The position numbers were made by a program, and so were the translations under genes. Shown here one piece after another: positions 37,282-51,183 of a stretch of DNA of 64,000 nucleotides (the stretch's first letter is position 1; each line of letters starts with the position of its first letter). Location of the stretch: NCBI GenBank assembly GCA_036785375.1, contig JAWMAR010000070.1, positions 4,650,001-4,714,000 on the forward strand, in the 5' to 3' direction. The DNA comes from Leucoraja ocellata. Its lineage: Eukaryota. The notes beneath the pieces are model-generated. The model was not told the DNA's origin, searched no databases, and saw only the letters and a program-made list of their open reading frames with translations.

Positions 37282-38279
37282 GTAAGTACGAAACGTTACC
37301 CTACCCAGGGCCCCGAAATCTAGGGGCCTCGGCCAAAGCAGGGCTCGAAATTTACTGTTGCCCAGGTGCCAATGGCCATCTAACGTCCTGCCGGGCAACC
37401 TAAAAGTTGTGTCATTTTGCCCGGCATGGCAAGCACCCGGGACACCTGCCGTTTAACTCTGAGTGAGTCCCCTCTTTATCTCTCTCTGTCTGTTACTCTC
37501 CGTCTCCGCCCGCCATCCGTGTCTGGGCCGCCGGGCTCCTCGTCCGCCGGCACGGCCGGCCGCCTCGCACATGCGCACTGCTACGGCCAGCACACCCCCC
37601 CCCTGCACATGGGGTAGAGAGGGAGGGATAGATCTGCCGTGATTGAATGGTGGAGCAGACTGTTTGGTCAGTCCCATATCTGAGGAAGGATGTGCTTGTT
37701 CTGGAGAGGGTCCAGAGGAGGTTTACAAGAACGATCCCAGGAATGAGTGGGTTAACATATGATGAATGTTTGACAGCACTGGGCCTGTACTCGCTGGAGT
37801 TTGGAAGGGTGAGGGAGGCCCTTTTTGAAACTTACCGAATAATGAAAGGCCTGGATAGAGTGGATGTGGAGAAGATGTTTCCACTAGTGAGATAATCTAG
37901 GGCCAGAGGTCATAGCCTCAGAATTAAAGAGTGTTTCTTTAGGAAGGAATTCTTAAGCAAGACGGTAGTGAATCTGTGGAATTTATTGCCACAGAATATT
38001 GTGGAGGCCAAGTCAATGGATATTTTAAGGCGGAGATAATACGGGTATCAGGGGTTATGGGGAGAAGGCAGGAGAATAGGGTTAGGAGTGAGAGATAGAT
38101 CAGCCATGATTGAATGATGGAGTAGACTTGATGGGCCGAATGACCTAATTCTGCTCCTATCGCTTATGAACATGAACTGATGAACTTGATGTGCCAAATG
38201 GCCTAATTCTGCTCCTATGCCTTATGAACTTGCAAGTGAAAAGCAGGTGATGCTGAATTGTATTTCCTTGACCCAACAG

Positions 38280-38382
38280 AACATAAAGTGACTGAACGAA
38301 TGATGACTACACCTTTTGCAAGTACAGTAAAAAGATCCAATGAGAGTCAAAATGACTCCACCCGATCCACCTGCACTGAATG
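38280..38382 (+). CDS. Gene C exon 4, stalk (EHKVTERMMTTPFASTVKRSNESQNDSTRSTCTE)
   Basis: TATTTCCTTGACCCAACAG acceptor; open S/T-rich frame; phase 1 in and phase 2 out (TG|GTACAA), matching the TM exon. Confidence 0.7.
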
Positions 38383-39592
38383 GTACAATTATGTTATTAC
38401 TGCTGTTGTGATTGGCTCTGCTTCCCTATGATATTTAATTGGAAGAGAATTTCCTCTTTCATTTGCTAGTTAAGTGCATCAGAGTATTGACTTCAATCGA
38501 TTCAAATGTTGAGATCGGAGTACGAGAATGATCTAAGATCCAGCATACACTCAATGGGCCAAATGGACTCTAGCACGGAAACAGGCCCTTCCACCCTATG
38601 AGTCCATGACATCCATAGATCAGTCTGAAGAAGTGACTCAACATGAAACACGTCATCTATTCCTTCTCTCCAGAGGTGCTGTCTGACCCGCTGAGTTACT
38701 CCAGCTTTTTGTGTCGATCTTCCATTCCCCCGTTAACATTAGTTCTGTGTTGTACCACCTTATTGTTCACTTCCTACACATTAAGGGCGATTTTACAGAT
38801 GCCAATTAACCTCCAAACCCGCATGCTTTAGGATGTGGGAGCAAACCAGAGCACCTGCAGGAGAACCACGCGGTCATAGGGAGAATGTAGAAATCCACGC
38901 AGATAACATCCTGAGTTCAGGATCGAACCCAGGTGTCTAGCGCCTTAAGAGGGCAGCTCTATCAAATGTGTCAATGTAACAAAAAAACGATGAGAGAGTA
39001 ATTGTTGATTCATCTCTTGATGATACACCTCCATAAGATCACCCCTCGTTCTCCTGCTCTCCAAGAAATAATCACCGAGCTTGCTCAACCTTTCCCTATA
39101 CATCAGTCCCTCGAGTCCCGGCAACATCCTCGTTAATCTTCTCTGCACCCTTTCCAGCTTGACAAAATCTTTCCTGTAACATGGTGACCAGAAATGCACA
39201 CAATACCCTCAATGTGATGAGGTTCCAGGGTTACGCAGAATGACATCTGATCACATAGGATTTAAGGCACAGAAAAGGTCAACTGAACTGGTCCCACACA
39301 GGTGTTTACATACCACTCGTCACTTCTCCCATCTTTTTTTATCTAACTTTATCAACGCTAGACACAAAATGCTGGAGTAACTCAGTGAGTCAGGCAGCAT
39401 CTCTGGAGAACATGGATAGGTGAAGTTTCGGGTCGAGATCCTGGACGGTGGAATTTCCCAGGTGAACTACCTGGGCTCTGTTGCTGTACCCTGCTCCATG
39501 CAGAGATTTCACAGCAATCAGGCTATGAATGTTTCCAACACGAACAAGTCTGTTTCCTCCCACTGATTCTGTATCTTTCCCCCTTTGCTCAG

Positions 39593-39683
39593 TTACATGA
39601 TATGGAATGTGGGACGCTGGCTGTACTTCGCTCTGCTTGGGATCTGCAGCATCTCAGTCTCATTGTTCACAAGTATAAGGAAG
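39593..39683 (+). CDS. Gene C exon 5, Arg-containing transmembrane exon
   Basis: Identical translation to gene A exon 4 (ORFs at 9523 and 39585 are identical). Confidence 0.85.
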
Positions 39684-40455
39684 GTATGTTTTGCGGAGAT
39701 CATCAGAATCGCTGAATGCTTCCAAATGCTGTCCATTAATACCTTCAAACATGCTGATAAAATAAAACAAACGAAAAGCGTTTAAAGTACTTCACAAATA
39801 TAGGCCAAACCAATGCTCTACGAAGATGATATCAATTGGTCTTGACAAGATGGTTGTGTGCAGAATGAACTGAAGTGTTTGACGTAGATGTTGTAGTGTC
39901 ATTGAATCAGAGAAATACAACTGGGAAACAGGCCCTTTGGCCCACTGTAACAAGCGCAGACCATCTTATCTGAACCCAGTTCCCTCTCCTCTACTTTCAG
40001 TTTGAAGAAGGGTCCCGACCTGAAATGTCACCCATCCTTTTTCTCCAGAGATCGTGCCTGACTCGCTGGGTTACTCCAGCACTTTGTGCCGATCAGGCCA
40101 TTGATCACCCGTACGCATTAGTTCGATGTTATCCCATTCTCTCATCCCAACTCCCAACACACTAGGGGAAATTCACACTGGCCAATTAACCTGCAAACCC
40201 ACAAGTCTTTGGGAGGTGGGAGGAAACCGGAGCTCGCGGAGGAAACCCACATGGCCACAGCGAGAACATGTAAACTCCACACAGGTAGCATCAAAGTCAA
40301 AATCCAAGCAAATTCTTGGACGTTGGGAGGCAGCAGCTATATCAGCTGCATCATTGTGCCAATTGGAAGCAGAATTCTGTTGTTATTGGCCTTGTGAAAT
40401 AAAGCACAATTCTCGGAGTCAATTATTTGATGACTTCAAACATTTTTTTTTGCAG

Positions 40456-40491
40456 GGACCTAATGAACCCAAACCTCACAGTTTGCCGTAG
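40456..40491 (+). CDS. Gene C terminal exon GPNEPKPHSLP*
   Basis: Copy of the gene A terminal exon; AATAAA at 40874-40879. Confidence 0.75.
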   Translation, partial: GPNEPKPHSLP

Positions 40492-43400
40492 ATGGCAGAA
40501 TGAAGATCCACTGGTGATAGTGACTGAGAAACAACTCTCCAACAAGACCAAATGATCATTATTATTTTGAATTAATCAATTAATTAATTAATTGATTGAT
40601 TAATACTTTATTGTCACGTGTGACAAGTCACAGTGAAATTCTTTGCTTGCTAACCCAAGGTATGCAAATAGTCGCCCATAAAGGGCATTGATAAAGTGTT
40701 TTTCATTTTGCTTTCATAATAGACTGCACAGAATTAATGCTTCTTCTGCTAAAATTATTAACTTAGTTTACACAATATTCACTCAGTAAAGGTGCCATTT
40801 AAACAATGTTGCTAGCCTTTATAGCAATGACTTATTATTTTGTGTTGTGTAGCATGACATTGCAGTTATGTGGAATAAATTGTATTCAATCCTGGAAATG
40901 CCTCATGGTTTTAACTGTGAAGAATATTTAGAAGAGGGAAACTATAAGCTATGACATCCCAGATCAAATGTTCTGGAAGTACTTTTTCTCATGAGAACAT
41001 CACTGTAATATACTTTGCTGAGCTGTTTTCAAGTCAAGTCTGTCATTCTTATGTGTACGTATGGTGAGGTGCAGATACAATGAAAATCGCACTTGTGGCA
41101 ACATCACATACATGTAGACACACAAAAATATAAATGATACATAGGGCGGCACGGGTGTACAGCGGTGGTGTTGCTGCCTTCATTTCAGCGCCAGGGACGC
41201 GGGTTCGATAGGGGTGCTGTCTGTACGGAGTTTGTATATTCTCCCCATGACCAAGTGGGTTTTCTCTGAGATCTTTGGTTTCTTCCCACTCCAAAGACGT
41301 GCAGGTTTGTAGGTTAATTGGCTTTGGTAAAATTGTAAATTGACCCTAGTGTATGCAGGATAGTGCTGGTGTGCGGAGGAGATAGCTGGTTGGCATCAAC
41401 TAGGTGGGCCAAAGGTCCTGTTTCCATGCTGTATCTCTAAACTAAACTCAACTAAGGCGTCCAATTCCACTGAAGGAAAGTCACCGTGTCCCTCAAACTA
41501 ATTGGCACTTTACTCGATGCAATGGGTTCCATCTGACAATCTTGTTCTCTTTATTCACTGCATGTGAAAACAGCTGAGACTTAATTTTATTTCCTTGCCT
41601 CAACAGAACTTGAATGAACTTATGAAGGAATGATGAATGAATGAATAGGTTTATGAATGAATAGGTTTATTGACCAAGTATTCACATACAAGGAATTTGC
41701 CTTGGTGCTCTGCCCGCAATTGCAATGTGACACACAGTGACATTATGAATGACACCTAAAACATTAAACATTAAAAATAACATATATTTTTATAACAGAA
41801 CCAATGACAACCACACTATCTCCAATTACAAGATTGATATCAACAGTACTCAAAACAAATATAGTGCAAGGTATATTCTTCTCAACTTTTTTTACGCGCT
41901 GGAACTGAATCCATGTCGAGGACATTTGGTTGATTTTGTATTGGTAAACGCAAGCGTCAAGAGTGCTTGATTGTCATATGTACCGACAGAGGGGAAATAT
42001 ATTGCTTTGTTTCAGTAGCACAACGAATCTGCAGATTTATAGAGATGTACAGCACGGAAACAGGCCCTTCAGCCCAACTTGGCCACGTCAACTAAGATGC
42101 CCTATCTACTCTAGTTCCTCCTGCCAGCGTTTGGTCCATCTCCTCCTAAACCAGTCCAATTCATGTAACTGTCCAAATGCCTTTAAAATATTTTTGTAGC
42201 ACCTGCCTCAAATACCTCATCAGTTAGCTCATTCCATACACCCACAACTAACTGTGTAAAAAAATGATGCCCCTCAGGATCCTATTAAATCTTTTTGTTT
42301 TCACCTGAAGCCTTGTCCCCTGGGTCTTGATTCCCCTGCTCTAGGTAAGAGACTTGTTTCCCTTGCCCCTAACTCTGTCTGAAGAGAGGTCTCGACTCAA
42401 AACACCACTTATTCCTTTACTCCAAAGATGCTGCCTCGCCCAATGAGTAACTAGGTTTTTGAGTCTATCTTCGGTTTGAATGAGCATCTGCAGTTCCTTC
42501 CAACAGATACCCTATCTATTCCCCTCATTGAGCTTGTATACACAATGCATACACTTAATAAAAAATGTACAAAAATGAATTAGTTAATAAGTCCAATAAG
42601 GACAAAAAAGAACTGATGTCTGTAGAGCAACCAAAGACTGCCCATACATGATAGTTGAGGTTAGTGTGCAGTGTTCAAAAGCCTAATTGTTGCTGCTGAG
42701 AAGCTGTTCTTGAACCTGGAGGTCACGGTTTTCAGGCTCCTGTACCTTCTTCCCAATGGCAGGAGTGAAATGAGAGTGTGGTCAGAGTGTCATAGTCATA
42801 CAGTGTGGAAACAGGCCATTCGGCCCAACTCGCCCACACCCGCCAACAATGTCCCAGGTACACTAGTCCCACTTGCCTGTGCTTGGTCCATATCCCTCCA
42901 AACTTGGCCTATCCATGTATCTGTGTAACTTAAACTTCTTAAACGATCAGATAGTCCCAGCCTCAACTACCTCCTCTGGCATTTTGTTCCATATACCCAC
43001 CACCCATTGTGCGAAAAAGTTACCCCTCAGATTCCTATTAAATCTTTTCCCCTTCACCTTTAACCTATGTCCTCTGGTCCTCGATTTCCCTACTCTGGGC
43101 ATAAGACTTTGTGAGTCTACCCGATCTATTCCTCTCATGATCTTATACACCTCTTTCAGATCACCCATCTGCTCTACAACACTACCCAGAGGCCTGCCAT
43201 TTACTGTGTAGGTCCAGCCCTTGTTCGACGTCCCAAAATGCAACACCTCACACTTCTCTGTATTAAATTCCATCAACCAATGCTCCGGCTACCAGGTCAA
43301 TCGATCCAGATCCTGCAAAGGGGTTATGAGGAGAAGGCAGGAGAATGGGGTTAGGAGGGAGAGATAGATGAGCCATGATTGAATGGCGGGGTAGACATCA

Positions 43401-43935
43401 TGGGCCGTATCACTAATGACCTGATGACCGTATTACCAAATATTCCTCACTCGTGCCAGGTTTTTGACTCTTTTCACCATTTTCATTACTCTATGAACAT
43501 TAATTTATGTTTGAAATGTGCTGGGAAAATTTGAAACTCGAGAGTTAATCTGCAAGATCATTGTGGTTTCATACACAATGTCCTGCTGACTTCTTCCTCA
43601 TTTATGTTCCTCATAACGTTTCTACTTAAACGTTATTTTGCAATGAAGAGGAAGAGCTGAGAGACTTATGAGTGACAATAAACTTAACTAGCTAACTGAC
43701 TAACAAAAACCTTCAAAATGTAAACTAACAATTAGTGCTAAAATATATTTTTGATATAGTCTAGTCGTTTTTGCAAAGTGGAAATATATGCTTCATTGTT
43801 ATCATGGATAAATGAGGGATTGGAGGGGATGACTGCGGTGAAAAAGGTCCTTTAATATGTTGGCTGCTTTCTTGAGGCAGGGTGGCACAGTGACACAGCG
43901 GTAGAGTTGCTGCCAGACACCTGGGATCAATCCTG

Positions 43936-45982
43936 TTTTAATATTTTTTATTGTTTTATACAATTTTTTAACAAAACAAACCAAAAAAAAAAAAAACTGA
44001 AAAAGACAACAGGAAAAAAAAAAATTAAAAAAAAATAAAATAAAACAAAGCCGCCAGACATAACAGTATTGGTACAATCCACATGGTGCTACACAGTCAG
44101 GCATTGCAAAAACAGAAGTAAAGGTCACAGGACTACATCACTGCAGATAATATGAAATTGTGAAATTATTGGACTTTGAGATGGTTGATAAATGGTCCCC
44201 AAACACTTAAAAAGTTGTTTGGTACCTTGGAGTGGTAGAAGCGTATCCTTTCCATCTGTATGATTATTATCATTTCATTGAGCCATTTTACGAAGCAGGG
44301 GGGTGTAGATGATTTCCAGTCTGTTAGGATCATTTTCTTGGCTGCCACCATACCAAGCATCAGTGCTTGTTGTTCTTCAGACGTGAAGTACAAAGCAGTC
44401 TCTGAGCATCCAAAAAGTGCCAGTTCTGGATCAGGGAGAATATCTTTTCCATAGACCCCAGAAAACCACTTAAATATTTTAGACCAGTATCTTTGTATAT
44501 GAGGACAGAGCCAGAAAATATGTGTTAAAGAACCATCTGCACTTTTGCATCTGTCACATAATGGAGAAATAGCAGGGTAGATTCGATGTAATTTGGTCTT
44601 TGAGTAATGGAGTCTGTGGATGACTTTAAACTGAATCAGTTTATACCTGACATTGATCGAACAAATTTGGATTCTGGTCAGACCTTCATTCCAGGTGTCG
44701 TCAGACACCTCGAAATTCAGCTCAGTAGACCAGGCTTCTTTCAGATGGGTAGTGGATACAGAGGTGGTGAATAGACTCACAAAGCGAGATATTAGATGTT
44801 TGGAGTCTGGAGGAAGCTGCAGGAGCTCATAGAGTGGGCATGGTTTGAAAATTTGCAATTTGATCTTTAACGTAGTGCCTAATTTGGAGATAGCGAAAAA
44901 AATGAGAGTTGGAAAGGTTAAATTTTGATTTCAGCTGATTAAACGAAGCAAACTTTTTGTCAATATATAGATCTCTGAGGGTCGCAAGGCCCTTGTCCCT
45001 CCAGACAGCAAACACCCCATCCGTCTGTGATGGCAAAAAGGAGTGGTTGTGACATATGGGGGTGTAAATAGAGACATTTGACAATGTACTGAAACTTCTT
45101 ATCTGATTTAAAATTCGAATAGAATTTCTTAAAATGAAGTTCTCACCAACCAACTTATGTGGGGATTCTGTTTTGGAAAAAAGCAAAGTACAGAGGGAGG
45201 AATTTTTCACTGCTGTGTTTTCAATGTTTAGCCACGAAGGGGTATTATTATTATTATTATCCAAAGGTTCATCTGGGAATCCCCATTGCCAGTAAATCAG
45301 AGCTCTAGCATTGGCTGCCCAATAGTAGTGCCTAAATATAGGAAGGCCCATGCCTCCCTCATTTTTTGGCTTTTGAAGATGTGCCTTTGATATACGGTGG
45401 GCTTTATAGCCCCAAATGAATGGAAGGATAATGGAGTCCAATTTTTTTTAAATGATGAAGTAAGAAAAATTGGAAGATTTTGGAATAAATACATGAATCT
45501 AGGAAGAGACACCATCTTGATAGCGTTAATACGCCCCACTATAGACAAGGGTAAAATCCTCCATTTCTCTATGTTCAGTTTTAACTTTGTAATCATATCA
45601 GCGTAGTTGAGTTTGAATATAAGTTTGGGGTTTAGGGGTATTTTGAGTCCTAGATATGTAAAATGGTCATATACTATCTTAAATGGTAGAGCCTCAAGAA
45701 AATCTGAATCTATATTGTCTGATAAAGGCATGAACTCACTCTTACTCCAGTTGACTGTGTATCCAGAAAGCTTGCCAAATGATTTAATAAAATCTAACAA
45801 GGGAAGAACAGAGGCTTCTGGATCGGAGAGATATAGTAATGTGTCATCGGCGTAAAGCCGCACACGACTTTTCACATTCCCCACCTTTATACCCCTGATG
45901 TTTGGGTAACTCCTGATACCTATTGCGAGGGGCTCCGGAGCAATATCAAAGAGTAAGGGGGACAGAGGATCTCCCTGTCTGA
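43936..45982 (-). mobile_element. 5'-truncated L1-clade LINE ORF2 fragment, copy 1 (frameshifted)
   Basis: LYADDTLLYL, INWSKSE-like VNWSKSE, GRINAIKM, GGMGLP and C-terminal C-x2-C..H-x4-C motifs; 11-nt deletion near 44840 relative to copy 2. Confidence 0.9.
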
Positions 45983-46783
45983 TCTCATGATCTTATACAC
46001 CTCTTTCAGATCATCCATCTGCTCTACAACACTACCCAGAGGCCTGCCATTTACTGTGTAGGTCCTGCCCTTGTTCGACGTCCCAAATTGCAACACCTCA
46101 CACTTCTCTGTATTAAATTCCATCAACCAATGCTTCGGCTACCAGGTCAATCGATCCAGATCCTGCAAAGGGGATATGAGGAGAAGGCAGGAGAATGGGG
46201 TTAGGAGGGAGAGATAGATGAGCCATGATTGAATGGCGGGGTAGACATCATGGGCCGTATCACTAATGACCTGATGACCGTATTACCAAATATTCCTCAC
46301 TCGTGCCAGGTTTTTGACTCTTTTCACCATTTTCATTACTCTATGAACATTAATTTATGTTTGAAATGTGCTGGGAAAATTTGAAACTCGAGAGTTAATC
46401 TGCAAGATCATTGTGGTTTCATACACAATGTCTTGCTGACTTCTTCCTCATTTATGTTCCTCATAACGTTTCTACTTAAACGTTATTTTGCAATGAAGAG
46501 GAAGAGCTGAGAGACTAGAGTGACAATAAACTTAACTAGCTAACTAACTAACAAAAACCTTCAAAATGTAAACTAACAATTAGTGCTAAAATATATTTTT
46601 GATATAGTCTAGTCGTTTTTGCAAAGTGGAAATATATGCTTCATTGTTATCATGGATAAATGAGGGATTGGAGGGGATGACTGCGGTGAAAAAGGTCCTT
46701 TAATATGTTGGCTGCTTTCTTGAGGCAGGGTGGCACAGTGACACAGCGGCAGAGTTGCTGCCAGACACCTGGGATCAATCCTG

Positions 46784-48856
46784 TTTTAATAATTTTTATT
46801 GTTTTATACAATTTTTTAACAAAACAAACCAAAAAAAAAAAACTGAAAAAGACAACAGGAAAAAAAAAGGAAGGAAAAAAAAAAAAATTTAAAAAAATAA
46901 AATAAAACAAAGCCGCCAGACATAACAGTATTGGTACAATCCACATGGTGCTACACAGTCAGGCATTGCAAAAGCAGAAGTAAAGGTCACAGGACTACAT
47001 CACTGCAGATAATATGAAATTGTGAAATTATTGGACTTTGAGATGGTTGATAAATGGTCCCCAAACACTTAAAAAGTTGTTTGGTACCTTGGAGTTGTAG
47101 AAGCGTATCCTTTCCATCTGTATGATTATTATCATTTCATTGAGCCATTTTACGAAGCAGGGGGGTGTAGATGATTTCCAGTCTGTTAGGATCATTTTCT
47201 TGGCTGCCACCATACCAAGCATCAGTGCTTGTTGTTCTTCAGACGTGAAGTACAAAGCAGTCTCTGAGCATCCAAAAAGTGCCAGTTCTGGATCAGGGAG
47301 AATATCTTTTCCATAGACCCCAGAAAACCACTTAAATATTTTAGACCAGTGTCTTTGTATATGAGGACAGAGCCAGAAAATATGTGTTAAAGAACCATCT
47401 GCACTTTTGCATCTGTCACATAATGGAGAAATAGCAGGGTAGATTCAATGTAATTTGGTCTTTGAGTAATGGAGTCTGTGGATGACTTTAAACTGAATCA
47501 GTTTATACCTGACATTGATCGAACAAATTTGGATTCTGGTCAGACCTTCATTCCAAGTGTCGTCAGACACCTCGAAATTCAGCTCAGTAGACCAGGCTTC
47601 TTTCAGATGGGTAGTGGATACAGAGGTGGTGAATAGACTCACAAAGCGAGATATTAGATGTTTGCAGTCTGGAGGAAGCTGCAGGAGCTCATAGAGTGGG
47701 CAACTGTCAGGCATGGTTTGAAAATTTGCAATTTGATCTTTAACGTAGTGCCTAATTTGGAGATAGCAAAAAAAATGAGAGTTGGAAAGGTTAAATTTTG
47801 ATTTCAACTGATTAAACGAAGCAAACTTTTTGTCAATATATAGATCTCTGAGGGTCGCAAGGCCCTTGTCCCTCCAGACAGCAAACACCCCATCCGTCTG
47901 TGATGGCAAAAAGGAGTGGTTGTGACATATGGGGGTGTAAATAGAGACATTTGACAATGTACTGAAACTTCTTATCTAATTTAAAATTCGAATAGAATGT
48001 CTTAAAATGAAGTTCTCACCAACCAACTTATGTGGGGATTCTGTTTTGGAAAAAAGCAAAGTACAGAGGGAGGAATTTTTCAGTGCTGTGTTTTCAATGT
48101 TTAGCCACGAAGGGGTATTATTATTATTATTATCCAAAGGTTCATCTGGGAATCCCCATTGCCAGTAAATCAGAGCTCTAGCATTGGCTGCCCAATAGTA
48201 GTGCCTAAATATAGGAAGGCCCATGCCTCCCTCATTTTTTGGCTTTTGAAGATTTGCCTTTGATATACGGTGGGCTTTATAGCCCCAAATGAATGGAAGG
48301 ATAATGGAGTCCAATTTTTTTTTAAATGATGAAGTAAGAAAAATTGGAAGATTTTGGAATAAATATATGAATCTAGGAAGAGACACCATCTTGATAGCGT
48401 TAATACGCCCCACTATAGACAAGGGTAAAATCCTCCATTTCTCTATGTTCAGTTTTAACTTTGTAATCATATCAGCGTAGTTGAGTTTGAATATAAGTTT
48501 GGGGTTTAGGGGTATTTTGAGTCCTAGATATGTAAAATGGTCATATACTATCTTAAATGGTAGAGCCTCAAGACAATCTGAATCTATATTGTCTGATAAA
48601 GGCATGAACTCACTCTTACTCCAGTTGACTGTGTATCCAGAAAGCTTGCCAAATGATTTAATAAAATCTAACAAGGGAAGAACAGAGGCTTCTGGATCGG
48701 AGAGATATAGTAATGTGTCATCGGCGTAAAGCCGCACACGACTTTCCACATTCCCCACCTTTATACCCCTGATGTTTGGGTGACTCCTGATACCTATTGC
48801 GAGGGGCTCCAGAGCAATATCAAAGAGTAAGGGGGACAGAGGATCTCCCCGTCTGA
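46784..48856 (-). mobile_element. 5'-truncated L1-clade LINE ORF2 fragment, copy 2 (premature stops)
   Basis: Same truncation point and junctions as copy 1; ORFs 47976-48758, 47445-47957 and 47028-47255. Confidence 0.9.
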
Positions 48857-50669
48857 TCTCATGATCTTATACACCTCTTTCAGATCATCCATCTGCTCTA
48901 CAACACTACCCAGAGGCCTGCCATTTGCTGTGTAGGTCCTGCCCTTGTTCGATGTCCCAAAATGCAACACCTCACACTTCTCTGTATTAAATTCCATCAA
49001 CCAATGCTCCGGCTACCAGGTCAATCGATCCAGATCCTGCAAAGGGGTTATGAGGAGAAGGCAGGAGAATGGGGTTAGGAGGGAGAGATAGATGAGCCAT
49101 GATTGAATGGCGGGGTAGACATCATGGGCCGTATCACTAATGACCTGATGACCGTATTACCAAATATTCCTCACTCGTGCCAGGTTTTTGACTCTTTTCA
49201 CCATTTTCATTACTCTATGAACATTAATTTATGTTTGAAATGTGCTGGGAAAATTTGAAACTCGAGAGTTAATCTGCAAGATCATTGTGGTTTCATACAC
49301 AATGTCTTGCTGACTTCTTCCTCATTTATGTTCCTCATAACGTTTCTACTTAAACGTTATTTTGCAATGAAGAGGAAGAGCTGAGAGACTTATGAGTGAC
49401 AATAAACTTAACTAGCTAACTAACAAAAACCTTCAAAATGTAAACTAACAATTAGTGCTAAAATATATATTTGATATAGTCTAGTCGTTGTGCAAAGTGG
49501 AAATATATGCTTCATTGTTATCATGGATAAATGAGGGATTGGAGGGGATGACTGTGGTGAAAAAGGTCCTTTATTATGTTGGCTGCTTTCTTCAGGCAGG
49601 GTGGCACAGTGACACAGCGGTAGAGTTGCTGCCAGACACCTGGGATCAATCTTGACCACGGAGATTGTACGTACTCCCAGTGACCGCGTGGGTTTTCTCT
49701 GGCTGCTCTGGTTTCCTCCCACATTCCAAAGACGTGCAGGTTTGTAGGTTAATTGGCTTAATTGTACCTAGGGTGCACGATAGAACTAGTGTATGGGTGA
49801 TTGCTGGTCAGAACGAACTTAGTGGAGCAAAGGGCATGTTTCCATGCTGTATCTCTAAACTAAACTAAACATGACAGGAACAAGCCCTCGGGCCCACAAT
49901 GTCCATGCCGAACATAATGCCAGGAACCAGGCCAGGTCATAGATGAACTGAGGCCGAGGCCAATTTCAATTTTAGAATTTCAAGCAGAAGCCCCTCAATT
50001 TTAGAGGCACCCAAATCAAGATCCCTTTGAAGCAGACAGGCATGAGGCCCATGCCAAATGCCACTCGTTGCCCCCCCCCCCCCCCCCCCCCCCTCTGAGA
50101 GTGCTTGCCCTGAACAAACCCTTATCTGCCTGCACATAATCCATATCCCTCCAGCCCTGCACCTCCATGTATTTATCTAAAAGTCTCTTACATCACATCA
50201 GGTTTGAAGAAGCTGTCCCTGAAACTGGCGGGGTATAATTTCAAGCTTTTATATTTTCTGCCTTGATGGGAGAGGGGAGAAGAGGGGACGGCTGGGATGA
50301 AAAAGGTCCTTAATTATGTTGTCTGCTTTCTTGGGGCATCGTGAGGTATAGATGGCTCAATGGTGGGATACAGTGCATCTTCAGAATCTATAACATTGAT
50401 AGGTGACGTTTCGGGTCGGGGCCCTTCTTCAGACCCGTCAAAATGTAGAAACAAGAAACCGAAGATACTGGTTTACACAAAAGACACAAGCGTGCTGGAG
50501 GAACTCAGTGGGTTAGACAGCATGCCTGGAGAACAAATAGAAAAAATTAACTGCAAAAGCTTGTTTACAAAAAGAACAAGCAGTTGTGTTTGCCTCACAC
50601 ATTTGAGCATTAATTGACACATTGCTCAACAATTGACTTCCAAGAAGAACACAGTTTTGCAAAGAATAC

Positions 50670-50692
50670 AAACCACTTCCTGATTGTGGTTT
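50670..50692. promoter_or_regulatory. Candidate RUNX-ETS-RUNX composite site
   Basis: AAACCAC-TTCCTGATT-GTGGTTT: inverted AAACCAC arms around an ACTTCCTG ETS core. Confidence 0.4.
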
Positions 50693-51183
50693 CGAAGAGC
50701 TAGGTTTAAAGGCAGTGAAATACTAAATTTGATCTTAATCTTAGCAAGGTAATGAGAACAATATTGTACTCATCTCTACACGTCCACACTATATAAAATT
50801 AACAAACAATTGTTCCTTCCTATATTTTCTAAGTTGCTTCATACGTTTGTTGTTTGGCCAATAAAATTTAATAATAAAGAATGTAACGCATTACATTATG
50901 TTTAAGAAAGAACTGCAGATGCTGGCAAAATCGAAGGTAGACAAAAGTGCTGGAGAAACTCAGCGGGTGAGGCAGCATCTATGGAGCGAAGGAATAGGTG
51001 ACGTTTCGGGTCGAGACCCTTCTTCAGACTTATTTTATGATCAGTATTGCAAGTGGCAATATAAACTGGAAGGTACAAAAACAAGACTTCTGCAGAATGT
51101 TTAATAGCCAAGCTCCTTGAAAGTTCCAGAGCAGATTGGGAAATTGATTGAAAAAAATGAATTAACTCTGATACATAGAATAT

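Larger units (their letters stand above)
43133..49654 (+). repeat. A-L1-A-L1-A tandem array (A units 43133-43935, 45983-46783, 48857-49654)
   Basis: Three near-identical units of about 800 bp separated by two copies of the same L1 fragment; periods are 2850 and 2874 bp. Confidence 0.93.
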
